Shown one piece after another: positions 53,460-62,089 of a stretch of 64,000 bases of DNA (its first letter is position 1; each line of letters starts with the position of its first letter). The notes beneath the pieces are model-generated. The model was given only the letters and a program-made list of their open reading frames with translations, had not been told where the DNA came from and searched no databases. The stretch spans positions 20,843 through 84,842 of IMG/VR virus record IMGVR_UViG_2597490183_000004; one strand, given 5' to 3'. The position numbers and the translations under genes are program-made. This DNA comes from a virus (Duplodnaviria > Caudoviricetes).

Positions 53460-53984
53460 ATGCGGATCGAAATCGCGGTGGGGTTGATCGGTCTTGGCGG
53501 CGCTGTCGTGGGTGCACTGGCGGCATTCCTCGGCGTGGTCTACCAGCAGAGGCACCAGGCTCGACTCCTGGAGAGGGAGCGCCGTGCCGCGCTGTCACAG
53601 GTCGCTGTCGACGCCCTGCTGACAGACTTGGAGGAGCTTCGACGGCATGCCTGGGTCAGGCCCGACGAAGAGCGGTTGGACCCGGCGTGGACGGATTGGT
53701 CAGCCGAGACAGGCCTCATCCTCGCGCGGCTGAGTCTCGCGACCCTTCGCCTGCCTCATCCAGAGCTGCGCGAGATGATTCAAGCCGCTGGCGTGTACGG
53801 ATTCGGCAACGAGGATGCCCTGCAGGAGGCGGTTGGCCTGCGAGCTGGCCGACCTCTCATGGCGGCAGTGTGCGGAGAGGCACAGAAGTGTCTGGGCTAC
53901 TACCTTCGCGGCGAGCCCATCCCCGCCACAATCTTCCTCTCCGCCGCCCGTGCCCTTTACCAGGAGTCCATCACTCCGCGCTGA
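53460..53984 (+). CDS. N-terminal TM hypothetical protein
   Basis: GLIGLGGAVVGALAAFLG TM. Confidence 0.65.
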   Translation: MRIEIAVGLIGLGGAVVGALAAFLGVVYQQRHQARLLERERRAALSQVAVDALLTDLEELRRHAWVRPDEERLDPAWTDWSAETGLILARLSLATLRLPHPELREMIQAAGVYGFGNEDALQEAVGLRAGRPLMAAVCGEAQKCLGYYLRGEPIPATIFLSAARALYQESITPR

Positions 53985-53987
53985 CAG

Positions 53988-54130
53988 GATCAGCCGTTCA
54001 TCAATCGGTCGAGACGTGAATCTGAAGCCGATCAAGATACGGAGCGCGTTCTACGAGAAGCCATCGTTCAGAAACCTGTTCATCTACCCCCTTCGTTCAG
54101 ATACTCTGAGGACCCGTTAGCTGAACCAAG
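53988..54130. other. putative res site
   Basis: AT-richer spacer with repeated (C)GTTCA half-sites and GTTCAG...CTGAAC inverted pair. Confidence 0.5.
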
Positions 54131-54140
54131 GAGGCGGTCT

Positions 54141-54749
54141 ATGGCCCTAGTTGGGCTCGTTCGAGTCAGCACCGACAAGCAGAACACCGAGCGGCAGCAC
54201 GACGCCCTCGACCCGATCTGCATCAAGGTCTTCGAGGAGAAGGTCAGCGGCAAGCTCTTGGCCGAGGAGCGGCCGGCGCTGATGGAAGCCATCGACTACA
54301 TGCGTGATGGCGACATGCTCTGCGTGCAGGAGGTGGACCGCTTCGGCAGGAACCTCCTCGAAGGGCTCATCGTCCTCAACGACCTCTTCGAGCGAAGCAT
54401 CCCCGTGAAGGTGCTGGACGGCATTGCGGCCGGGGAGCACACGGAGCGCTCCCTCATCCTCGACATCGCCCTGGCTCTGGCCGAGGACCGCAGGCGCGAC
54501 ATCGTCAGGAAGACGAAGGACGGACTCGCCGCAGCACGCAAGCGCGGTCGGGTCGGAGGCCGGCGCCCTGTCATGACCGAGCCCCTCGTCGTCCAGGCCG
54601 TCGCCCTGCGGGACAAGGGCTACAGCCTCAAGCAGATTCAGCCCCACCTCCGCATCGGCGAAGGCAAGAACAAGGGGAAGAACCCCAGCATCGGCGCCAT
54701 CTCCCAGGCGCTCCAGGCCCACGACGCCGCAAAGGGGGGAGCAGAGTGA
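54141..54749 (+). CDS. serine recombinase (resolvase/invertase)
   Basis: RVSTDKQ...RQ, E.VSG, RPAL, DRFGR, GL.AAR.RGR.GGR, C-terminal HTH. Confidence 0.9.
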   Translation: MALVGLVRVSTDKQNTERQHDALDPICIKVFEEKVSGKLLAEERPALMEAIDYMRDGDMLCVQEVDRFGRNLLEGLIVLNDLFERSIPVKVLDGIAAGEHTERSLILDIALALAEDRRRDIVRKTKDGLAAARKRGRVGGRRPVMTEPLVVQAVALRDKGYSLKQIQPHLRIGEGKNKGKNPSIGAISQALQAHDAAKGGAE

Positions 54750-56062
54750 CGGATCGAATGAGCGGACAGCCGAAGCCCTGGGACATCAGCTCGAAGGCCG
54801 CCGTTCACATCGCTGCGCTGATGGATCTGTTTCGCCTGGCATGCCAGCGCCAGAAGTTGGTACTGCAGGTGGAGCGAGGGCTGGCTGGTTGGACCGATGT
54901 CAGGTGCAAGGAGGGGCACGAGTTCAGCCTCAGTGCGCTGGACGTTGTGTCGACCTCTAGGCCCTTTGGCTTGGAGCCGGACGAGCCGTGGTGCAAGAAG
55001 TGCAGTAGCGCAGAGTGGGTCGCGGAGTGCATGGCCGCTCTCAAGATTGTGGCGATGAGCCAGGGGGTTGAGCTTACGGCCACAGATGAGCAGGACGAGT
55101 CCGGGGAAGGTCACGTCGTGTTCTCCGCGCGATGCTCAGAGGGGCACTCCTTCCAGACGACTGGCAGGCGGGCGAGAGGCCGACATGGTGATCCAGTTAG
55201 GCATCTGTGCCCCGATTGCCGCAGGGGCGCCCTTCTTGCGGAAGGATTCGCCAAAGCGGAGGAGGTCGTCCGCGGGACCCGATCCACGATCACAAAGAGG
55301 TACCGAAACGCTGTAGAGATCAGGTGCCGCCGTGGCCACCCGCACACGTTCTACACGGACAGCCCGGATGGGCGACAGGGCATACGCCCGAACTTCTGCG
55401 GGCCCTGCGCCAAGCTGGTCACGTTCCAGGAGTTTTCGGAGGCGGCTAAGGATCTCGGCATCACGGTGCTTGAGTCGCAGTGGATAGCCAAGTCGCGCTC
55501 CCACCGGGCGGTCTGCTTCGCCGGACACGAGTTCGGCCTCGTCCCGAACAAGATGAAGCGCGGATGCCCCGAGTGCCCACGAGGGATGTACGGCGGCGCT
55601 ATCCCTCCTCACGACGTGTACTACGTCGTGAGCGGGCTAGACGCCACGACAGGCAAGGAGACAGTGAAGCCGGGCATCAGCTCCGGGGTTGGCTTCAACC
55701 GGCTTCGGCAGCACGCTGAGGATGGGCTGACCGTCCAGCATCTCCGAATCTGCGGGCTGCCCCTCGGTATGGCGCGAGCGCTGGAAAGCTTTGTCCTGCG
55801 TGGACTGGACGGTGAAGGCTGGCTGTCCACCCGCGGTGTCGAGTACTTCCCTGCAGAAGCACTGCAGGACGTCCTGGACTTGGTGGGTGAGTGGTTCACG
55901 GATCAGCCAGGGCTGACCATCCGCTCCGTGGTCGTTGACGTCGACGAGTTGCACGGCGTCGCTGAGACGGCAGCGGTGCGCGAGGTCGTCGACCTCGATG
56001 TTGACGCAGCCGTGGTGTTCGACTCCGGAGACCTGACACCTGTTGCGGCATTGACGCGCTGA
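54746..56062 (+). CDS. multi-zinc-ribbon protein with C-terminal GIY-YIG/T5orf172-like nuclease domain
   Basis: four C..GH.(F/H)...C..C units; VYYV...VKPGIS....RL.QH...A..LE...EYF. Confidence 0.65.
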   Translation: MTDRMSGQPKPWDISSKAAVHIAALMDLFRLACQRQKLVLQVERGLAGWTDVRCKEGHEFSLSALDVVSTSRPFGLEPDEPWCKKCSSAEWVAECMAALKIVAMSQGVELTATDEQDESGEGHVVFSARCSEGHSFQTTGRRARGRHGDPVRHLCPDCRRGALLAEGFAKAEEVVRGTRSTITKRYRNAVEIRCRRGHPHTFYTDSPDGRQGIRPNFCGPCAKLVTFQEFSEAAKDLGITVLESQWIAKSRSHRAVCFAGHEFGLVPNKMKRGCPECPRGMYGGAIPPHDVYYVVSGLDATTGKETVKPGISSGVGFNRLRQHAEDGLTVQHLRICGLPLGMARALESFVLRGLDGEGWLSTRGVEYFPAEALQDVLDLVGEWFTDQPGLTIRSVVVDVDELHGVAETAAVREVVDLDVDAAVVFDSGDLTPVAALTR

Positions 56063-56252
56063 ACGCACCCTGATCGACCGTTTCCGGTCACACCTCTACC
56101 CTTGTGGCCGGATCGGGTGCATCGTGGTTCTCGCAGCTCCCCATCCCGAGGGTGTGGGACTGCTCAGGCCCCCGCCTGCGTCTACCCCCGTCGCGGGCAG
56201 GGGCCTGCCGCTCCTCCCGGCTCCCCACGGGAGGCCAAGCGGCTGCCCGCGT

Positions 56253-56432
56253 TCAGGGCTGGGGGAGTTCCCCGGGCCGGATCGGGATGACTTTCACGTC
56301 GGTGTTGCCGCCCTCTTCGAGCTCGGCTTTGCGGCTGGTGGCGCTGCCCTTGTCGTAGGCGACGGAGGACGCGCGGGCTTTCCCGGTGGTGTCGGTCCAG
56401 GTGAGGGCGTAGTTCTGCATGGTGATCGGCAT
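56253..56432 (-). CDS. small hypothetical protein
   Basis: WTD..G..RAS.VAYDK.SA..RKAELE..G. Confidence 0.6.
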   Translation of the reverse strand: MPITMQNYALTWTDTTGKARASSVAYDKGSATSRKAELEEGGNTDVKVIPIRPGELPQP

Positions 56433-56556
56433 GGGGCCATCTTCGCTGGTAGGTCTGACAGTGGCGTGTTGACGCCCGGTACGACTTCCCACCCGGCAGG
56501 GTGAAGCGGTCGCGGTTCGGTACCGACTGGTGTTGGCCGGCCGGTACGAAGGCTGC

Positions 56557-57210
56557 ATGATCAAGAAGACTGCGCGGGGCCTCGCCGCTGCCGCTCTCAC
56601 CGTCCTGCCCCTGTTCTCGGCCGCGCCGGCCCAGGCCGCCGAGCCCCTGTCCCTGGCTGATGCTGTTCAGCAGCTGCCGCTGGCCGACGAGTCCCGCGAG
56701 GGCTACGAGCGCACGTCGTTCAAGCACTGGGTGGATGCCGACAAGGACCGGTGCAACACCCGCATGGAGGTGCTGATCGCCGAATCCCGTGTGGAGCCGA
56801 CGATCGAAGGGGCCTGCAAGGTCGTGGCGGGGGAGTGGTACTCGTACTACGACGGGTTCACGCTGACAGAGCCGGGCGGCCTGGACATCGACCACATGGT
56901 CCCCCTCGCCGAAGCCTGGGACTCGGGCGCCTCCGGCTGGACGGCGGCTCGGCGTGAGGCCTACGCCAACGACCTGGACGCCGACCGGTCGCTCGTCGCG
57001 GTGACCGCGAGGTCGAACCGCAGCAAGTCCGACCAGGACCCGGGCACGTGGCTGCCGCCGCTGGCCGACGCCCGCTGCACCTACGCCACGGACTGGGTGT
57101 CGACGAAGCTCCGCTGGGGCCTGACCGTCGACCAGCCGGAAGCCGACGCCCTGGCCGAGCTGGCTGAGGGTTGCGGCCAGGAGACCGTGGAGTACGAGCC
57201 GGCCAACTGA
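56557..57210 (+). CDS. secreted HNH nuclease (DUF1524-type)
   Basis: signal peptide AQA; GY.R..F.HW, LDIDHMVPL.EAW.SGA, NRSKSDQDP..W. Confidence 0.85.
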   Translation: MIKKTARGLAAAALTVLPLFSAAPAQAAEPLSLADAVQQLPLADESREGYERTSFKHWVDADKDRCNTRMEVLIAESRVEPTIEGACKVVAGEWYSYYDGFTLTEPGGLDIDHMVPLAEAWDSGASGWTAARREAYANDLDADRSLVAVTARSNRSKSDQDPGTWLPPLADARCTYATDWVSTKLRWGLTVDQPEADALAELAEGCGQETVEYEPAN

Positions 57211-57299
57211 CCGATCTGCGCTACGAAATCTGACGACGTAGCATCCAAGTACCGTCCCGTCGGGGGATAGCGCTCCACCTAGTCCTGTCGGAGGACACC

Positions 57300-57653
57300 A
57301 TGGCCTTGAGCCACATCGCACGTCTCCATGCTGACGAAATCAGAAACCATGACTGGTCTGATGCCCCTTTCCGGATCGACCGGGCGGGGCACGACCGCGC
57401 CGATGACGGTGGTCGGGGAGAGCAACTCACGGAGACGCAGACTGATCGCATCCGCATGAACGTCATGTGGGTAACAGCCCAGGTGCTGGGGTTCCAGGAC
57501 CCGAATTTTGACGTCTACGAGTTCGCCGAGGCCTGCGGGGTCGAGACACGGACCCGGACGGGACGCGTGGACGGCGGCATCCAGGCCGGAGTCCGGCTTC
57601 TGAACGGCAGGTATGCACGTCCCGGCACCCGGGACTACGACGATCGGTACTGA
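57300..57653 (+). CDS. hypothetical protein
   Basis: GGAGG RBS; DPNFD...FA.ACG. Confidence 0.7.
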   Translation: MALSHIARLHADEIRNHDWSDAPFRIDRAGHDRADDGGRGEQLTETQTDRIRMNVMWVTAQVLGFQDPNFDVYEFAEACGVETRTRTGRVDGGIQAGVRLLNGRYARPGTRDYDDRY

Positions 57654-57725
57654 CCAGCCTTGGTCTGTGCAGCGGCGTCCTTCCTGCGGGAGGGGCGCCG
57701 CTTCTTTGACTCGGCAAGCCAGCCG

Positions 57726-58595
57726 CTACCGCATGCGGGTGACGGTGAACGTTCCGTGCCTACCGGAGCCGGCGAGCACTTCCACCGTCAGGTCGGCGTC
57801 GGCACGGGTGTACGTCTCCCCGTCGGCCCGCCGTTCCCCGACGACCTCGGCCGCGGTGAGCGCCTCGCCGATCCGCCCGGCGAGTACGGGGTCGAGCCGC
57901 GCGGACAGCCGGATGGGCCCGCCTTCGTCTCCGATGGCGAGTGCGAGCCGGTGGGGCCGGCGCCGGGGTCCGAGGTAGCCGACGACGAGCGCGTCTTCGG
58001 TGTCGGCGTGCCGGACCTTCAGCCACCCGCGGCGGCCGGCGGGGTAGCTGGCCGTCCCCTTCTTGCAGACGACCCCTTCGATGCCTTGCTCTTGGAGTCC
58101 TTCGTACCAGGCGATGGCGACGTTCCGGTCGTCGGTGGTTGGCACGGCCTGGATCGGCGGCGGGATGTCGTGGAGCAGGTCGACGAGGAGTTGCCGCCGT
58201 TCTGTGTAGGGGAGCGCCGTGGTCTGCCCGTGCTGGGGGTGTTCGAGGATGTCCCAGGTGGCGTAGCTGGCGGGGTGTTGTGCGGCGAGTGCCCGCGCCC
58301 GGGTGATGGACGACGCGGCCCGGGACTGCGCTGCGGCGAAGTCAATGCGCCCGTCGCGCCAGATGACGGCTTCCCCGTCGAGCGTGGTCCCGGGTGGTAG
58401 CTGCATGGCCGCGACGGCGAGGTCCATCCAGTGGCTGGTGACGACCCTGCCGGAGCGGGCGTACAGGATGACGGTGTCGTCGGTGCGCCGGAGGATGGTC
58501 CTGTGCCCGTCGAATTTCGGCTCGTACCACCAGCCGGGCCCGTCGGGGATGGCGGGTGCGGCTTGGGCGAGGGCGGGCCGGACGGGGTGTTCCAC
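57726..58595 (-). CDS. ATP-dependent DNA ligase (LigC/LigD-like)
   Basis: YEPKFDGHR, LDGE, EGVVCK, Y.AGRRGWLKVR. Confidence 0.9.
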   Translation of the reverse strand: MEHPVRPALAQAAPAIPDGPGWWYEPKFDGHRTILRRTDDTVILYARSGRVVTSHWMDLAVAAMQLPPGTTLDGEAVIWRDGRIDFAAAQSRAASSITRARALAAQHPASYATWDILEHPQHGQTTALPYTERRQLLVDLLHDIPPPIQAVPTTDDRNVAIAWYEGLQEQGIEGVVCKKGTASYPAGRRGWLKVRHADTEDALVVGYLGPRRRPHRLALAIGDEGGPIRLSARLDPVLAGRIGEALTAAEVVGERRADGETYTRADADLTVEVLAGSGRHGTFTVTRMR

Positions 58596-58609
58596 ATGGT
58601 CAGGGTGCG

Positions 58610-58954
58610 TCAGGGTTGTGGTGGTGGCATGCCGAGTGGCCTGTCTGGGCGGCATGCGTCGCAGGGTTTCGCTCCGTCGCCGAGTTCTGCGCGGGCCCGT
58701 TCGGTGCTGATGGGTTGGAGGGTTTTTCCTGCTGCCCAGCAGTCGCCTCGGTGGATTTCGGTGGTGGGTGTGCCGATGCCTGCTTGGACGATGCCCCAGT
58801 CGGGGGTGCGTGGTCGCGGTGCCGGGGCGGGCGGTGGTGCGGGCTGCTGCCGTTGTTCGACCTCTTTGATCTGCTGCCGGACTCGGTCGAGGGTGAGGGT
58901 GAGCCACGTTTCCAGGGTGCGGAGGCGGTCAAGGTCGGGCGGCAGGTCGTACAT
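58610..58954 (-). CDS. DUF6233-family protein
   Basis: DLPPDLDRLRTLETWL...IHRGDC...CDACRPD. Confidence 0.8.
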   Translation of the reverse strand: MYDLPPDLDRLRTLETWLTLTLDRVRQQIKEVEQRQQPAPPPAPAPRPRTPDWGIVQAGIGTPTTEIHRGDCWAAGKTLQPISTERARAELGDGAKPCDACRPDRPLGMPPPQP

Positions 58955-58967
58955 GTGTTCGAGTCTA
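58947..58967 (-). promoter_or_regulatory. LexA box plus TAGACT -10 over leaderless start
   Basis: minus strand TAGAC-TCGAACACATGTACGA; 1 mismatch to TCGAAC-N4-GTTCGA. Confidence 0.75.
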
Positions 58968-59035
58968 GCTCCCTCGGTCCCGTTGCACCTCGCGTGAAGC
59001 CTTGACTGGAAGTCTTGACTTGCTATCTTGAATGC

Positions 59036-59350
59036 ATGCCAAGCAACGACAAGCCCCGCCTCCTCCCCACAGGGTTCTGCTGGTGCGGGTGCGGCAAGGA
59101 AATCGGGCTCGGGAAGTTCTTCGCCCAGGGCCACGACAAGATCGCAGAAGCGGCGTACATGGCCGTTCACCACGAGGCATCAGTCGCCCGCCTCCTGTCC
59201 GACGCCGGGTTCGCCCCGGGGAACCGCGAGACCATCCGTGAGGCCGCGCTCGACCGTGGCGGCTGGGAAGTCTGCCCCCGGGGCTGCGGGTACGCCGGGG
59301 CCCCGGCCAGCATCAACAACCACATCAACCGACATCACAAGGAGAAGTGA
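59036..59350 (+). CDS. Cys/His zinc-binding hypothetical protein
   Basis: CWCGCG...F..GHD; CPRGCGY...NH. Confidence 0.7.
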   Translation: MPSNDKPRLLPTGFCWCGCGKEIGLGKFFAQGHDKIAEAAYMAVHHEASVARLLSDAGFAPGNRETIREAALDRGGWEVCPRGCGYAGAPASINNHINRHHKEK

Positions 59351-59616
59351 CCATGGCGAACCCGCAGCTGACTGCCGCGAGCTTTCTGTCTCGCTCCGTC
59401 GAGGACGAACAGCGTCGCTTCGCCCAGGAAGCCGAGCGCCTGGCCGAGCAGGCTGCGCGCATCGCCGCAAACCCGCCGGCCATTGGGCGCGCGGCATCCG
59501 GCGACCTGACCCGCCTCATCGCGGAAGCCACCTACCTCCTCAAGCGGGCCGTCACCATCGAAGCCGGGATCGAAGCCGTCGGACTGATGAGCGCCGAGAC
59601 CGCCACCACCGAGTGA
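59347..59616 (+). CDS. hypothetical protein
   Basis: coupled ORF; resembles 20230..20463 (SGD..RLI..A). Confidence 0.65.
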   Translation: MTMANPQLTAASFLSRSVEDEQRRFAQEAERLAEQAARIAANPPAIGRAASGDLTRLIAEATYLLKRAVTIEAGIEAVGLMSAETATTE

Positions 59617-59627
59617 GGGCCACGACC

Positions 59628-59876
59628 ATGCGGGTGAAGCAGATCAACTTGGATGACGACGGTCAGCCTGAGGCGATTATTGTGCGGCTGACGTGCGACG
59701 AGGCCGCCTACCTGGCCCGGCTGACCGGCAAGCAAAACTGGACGACCAGCGAAGAGATCATGCCGGGAGGGGGTGCCCACAACACCGAGGTCTACGACAC
59801 CCTCACTGGGGAGTTCTTCAATCGGTATTACGAGGACGGCGTGGACGACGCAGTCCGTGGAGCCGAGACCTCATGA
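59628..59876 (+). CDS. hypothetical protein
   Basis: ATG after GAGGG; FFNRYYEDGV. Confidence 0.65.
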   Translation: MRVKQINLDDDGQPEAIIVRLTCDEAAYLARLTGKQNWTTSEEIMPGGGAHNTEVYDTLTGEFFNRYYEDGVDDAVRGAETS

Positions 59877-59891
59877 CGTAGCCCGCACAGC

Positions 59892-59930
59892 GCGACGCCC
59901 CGGCCAAGGTTCAGTTGGCCGGGGCGTCGC
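59892..59930. terminator. terminator hairpin
   Basis: perfect 16-bp IR GCGACGCCCCGGCCAA/TTGGCCGGGGCGTCGC. Confidence 0.75.
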
Positions 59931-60029
59931 CGTGTCAGCGTATCGCCCACCCTGCCCGCCCCTGCCCTGCCACACTGGCATTGCCCCCGTCGCCTCCCCC
60001 GTCGACGGGGGCATCCCGAGGAGGACACC

Positions 60030-60263
60030 GTGACGCACCGCCCGTACCCGAACGCCGACCGCGCCCTGCGCCAGATCGACCGGCATGTCCACCCGGTGGA
60101 GGTTCCGGAGTGGCGGGTGAAGCTCGCCGCCGACGCCCGCCGCGCGCTCGCGGGTGCCGCCGAGGCCCTGGAGCCCATGGCCCGAACGAGCCGCCTCACG
60201 GGCCGCGAGTGGGATCAGGCCGCAGGCAGCCCCTTCTGGCAGGAGGGGTTGAAGGCGGGCTGA
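60030..60263 (+). CDS. small hypothetical protein
   Basis: GAGGAGG RBS; HRPYPNADRALRQ. Confidence 0.6.
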   Translation: MTHRPYPNADRALRQIDRHVHPVEVPEWRVKLAADARRALAGAAEALEPMARTSRLTGREWDQAAGSPFWQEGLKAG

Positions 60264-60477
60264 CTCGCCACGCCGGGGCTGATCGAGCCCGGGTTGTCAG
60301 TGCCCGCCGATACGCTTGTCACATCAACCCCCAGGGCCCACGGCCCGCGAACAAGGGGATTGCTTACCGCCCCCATCCTGGCTGCTCCCGGGACGGGGGC
60401 GGGGCTGCGTCCGGAGGTATTCACGGACCACCGTGAAAACGCAGCTCACGACCATGTTGTGCAGATGCGTAACATGG

Positions 60478-60705
60478 TCAGGCGTCCGGCTCGGGGTGCA
60501 GCACGGCCTTCTTCGCCGCCTGCTCCAGCGCGTACCGGCCCTCCCCGGTGGCCTCGGCTTCGGCTGTCACCGCAGCCTGGAACGTTTCCGCAGCTTCCAT
60601 CCACGGCTTCCAGCGCTCGGGGGTGTACGGCTGGGCCGTCACGGTCTGGTGCGCCTCGACAGCAGCACGGCACAGGTTGATCAGGTTCTCACTCGGATTC
60701 GCCAC
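60478..60705 (-). CDS. small hypothetical protein
   Basis: W.EAA..FQAAVT...RY.LE.A.KKAV.HPE. Confidence 0.6.
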   Translation of the reverse strand: MANPSENLINLCRAAVEAHQTVTAQPYTPERWKPWMEAAETFQAAVTAEAEATGEGRYALEQAAKKAVLHPEPDA

Positions 60706-61046
60706 GGCCGGAAGCCTAAACGGCAGCACTGACAACCGGCCGTCTGCCATGCTGGTGTCATGGGCCGCTTCGGCGGTAGGAGGTTCTGCGGTACGCCTCC
60801 CGGATCATCCCCGGAGAAACACCGCCCCCAATCCACGGCCGTCCGACTGGGCGGCCGTTGGCTATCCTGGTGGTGGCCCGCTCGTCTGCTTCTGGGAAAC
60901 CGTGGCACCCGAGAACCTGTCGGCTCATAGCCGGGCGGGCCGCGTCTGCCGGACAAGGCCGGGTCTGCTGCCAGACCCACCCGCAAGGTGCCCCAACAGC
61001 GGGACATCCACCGAACGGGACAGAGGCCCCGGAGACGTCCAGCCTT

Positions 61047-61075
61047 ACGCCCGCCCTCCCTGTGGGGGCGGGCGT
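61047..61075 (+). terminator. terminator hairpin
   Basis: ACGCCCGCCC...GGGCGGGCGT. Confidence 0.65.
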
Positions 61076-61136
61076 TCGTGCGTCACGGAACTACTAGTCG
61101 GGCGACTTCTAGTAGATCAACTGGTAGCAGTAGTAG

Positions 61137-61313
61137 TTACGCCGCTTCGGCGACATCCCCGCGCACCGCCGCAGCCCACTCCACCAACAGCTCCTCATAC
61201 CGCAGGCGGCCCTCCGGTGACAGCAGCCCGCCGTCCACCTGCAGGCCCCGGATCTCCTCGTTCACTACAGCCAGCGGGCGGGCACGCGGCGGCACGGTGG
61301 GAGGAGTGGGCAT
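61137..61313 (-). CDS. small hypothetical protein (58 aa, not in ORF track)
   Basis: R.LA.VNEEIR.L...G.L....R..YE.LL.EWAAA. Confidence 0.6.
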   Translation of the reverse strand: MPTPPTVPPRARPLAVVNEEIRGLQVDGGLLSPEGRLRYEELLVEWAAAVRGDVAEAA

Positions 61314-61366
61314 GCCCGAAGTCTACGGGCGGGGTGTGACAATCAGCCCTGCCGTAGGGTCGAAAC

Positions 61367-62008
61367 GTGATTGAGACCATCGTCCTCGACATCGGCGAAA
61401 CGTTGACCCGCGACGACCGCTACTGGGCAACCTGGGCCGACTGGCTCGACATCCCCCGCCACACCATCAGCGCCCTCGTCGGAGCCGCCGTCACCCAAGG
61501 CCACGACAACTCCCACGCCCTCCACCTCGTCCGCCCCGGCATCAACATCGACGCCGAATACGAGGCACGAGAAGCAGCCGGCCGAGGCGAGAAACTCGAC
61601 GAAACGGACCTGTACCCCGACGTCCGGCCCACCCTCGCCGGGCTCCAAGCCCTCGGTATCCGCGTCGTCATCGCAGGCAACCAGACTGAGAAGGTCGGCC
61701 GCATGCTGCGGGCCCTTGACCTGCCAGCCGATCACATCGCCATGTCCGCCGACTGGGGTGTCGCCAAGCCGAACCCCGAGTTCTTCACCCGGGTCCTGGA
61801 CGTCGCCCAAGCCGCACCCGTCAACACCCTGTACGTCGGCGACCACCCCGCCAACGACATCTTCCCCGCCGCCGCAGCCGGCCTCCGCACGGCACACCTT
61901 CGCCGCGGGCCACTGGGGCACTGGTGGGCCGAAGACCCCCAAGTACGGGCCGCAGCAGACTGGTCGATCGACTCCCTCACCGACCTGCTCACCATCGTCG
62001 CCCGCTGA
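61367..62008 (+). CDS. HAD-superfamily hydrolase
   Basis: LDIGETL, LYPD, AKP.P.FF, YVGD..ANDI. Confidence 0.9.
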   Translation: MIETIVLDIGETLTRDDRYWATWADWLDIPRHTISALVGAAVTQGHDNSHALHLVRPGINIDAEYEAREAAGRGEKLDETDLYPDVRPTLAGLQALGIRVVIAGNQTEKVGRMLRALDLPADHIAMSADWGVAKPNPEFFTRVLDVAQAAPVNTLYVGDHPANDIFPAAAAGLRTAHLRRGPLGHWWAEDPQVRAAADWSIDSLTDLLTIVAR

Positions 62009-62089
62009 CCGAACGGCCCCACCCCAGAGCGCGTGTCAGGGTGGGGCCGTTCGCGCACCAACAGCACATAGCCGCCGGTACGGTTCGGA

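Noticed and set aside
54141-54749. Serine recombinase as the prophage integrase or a tail-fibre shufflon invertase
   Set aside because: Only 202 aa with no large recombinase/zinc-ribbon domain; no inverted tail cassettes adjacent
18959-57210. DUF262 + DUF1524 as a split GmrSD type IV restriction system
   Set aside because: About 37 kb apart, and the HNH protein has a signal peptide, so a cytoplasmic complex is unlikely
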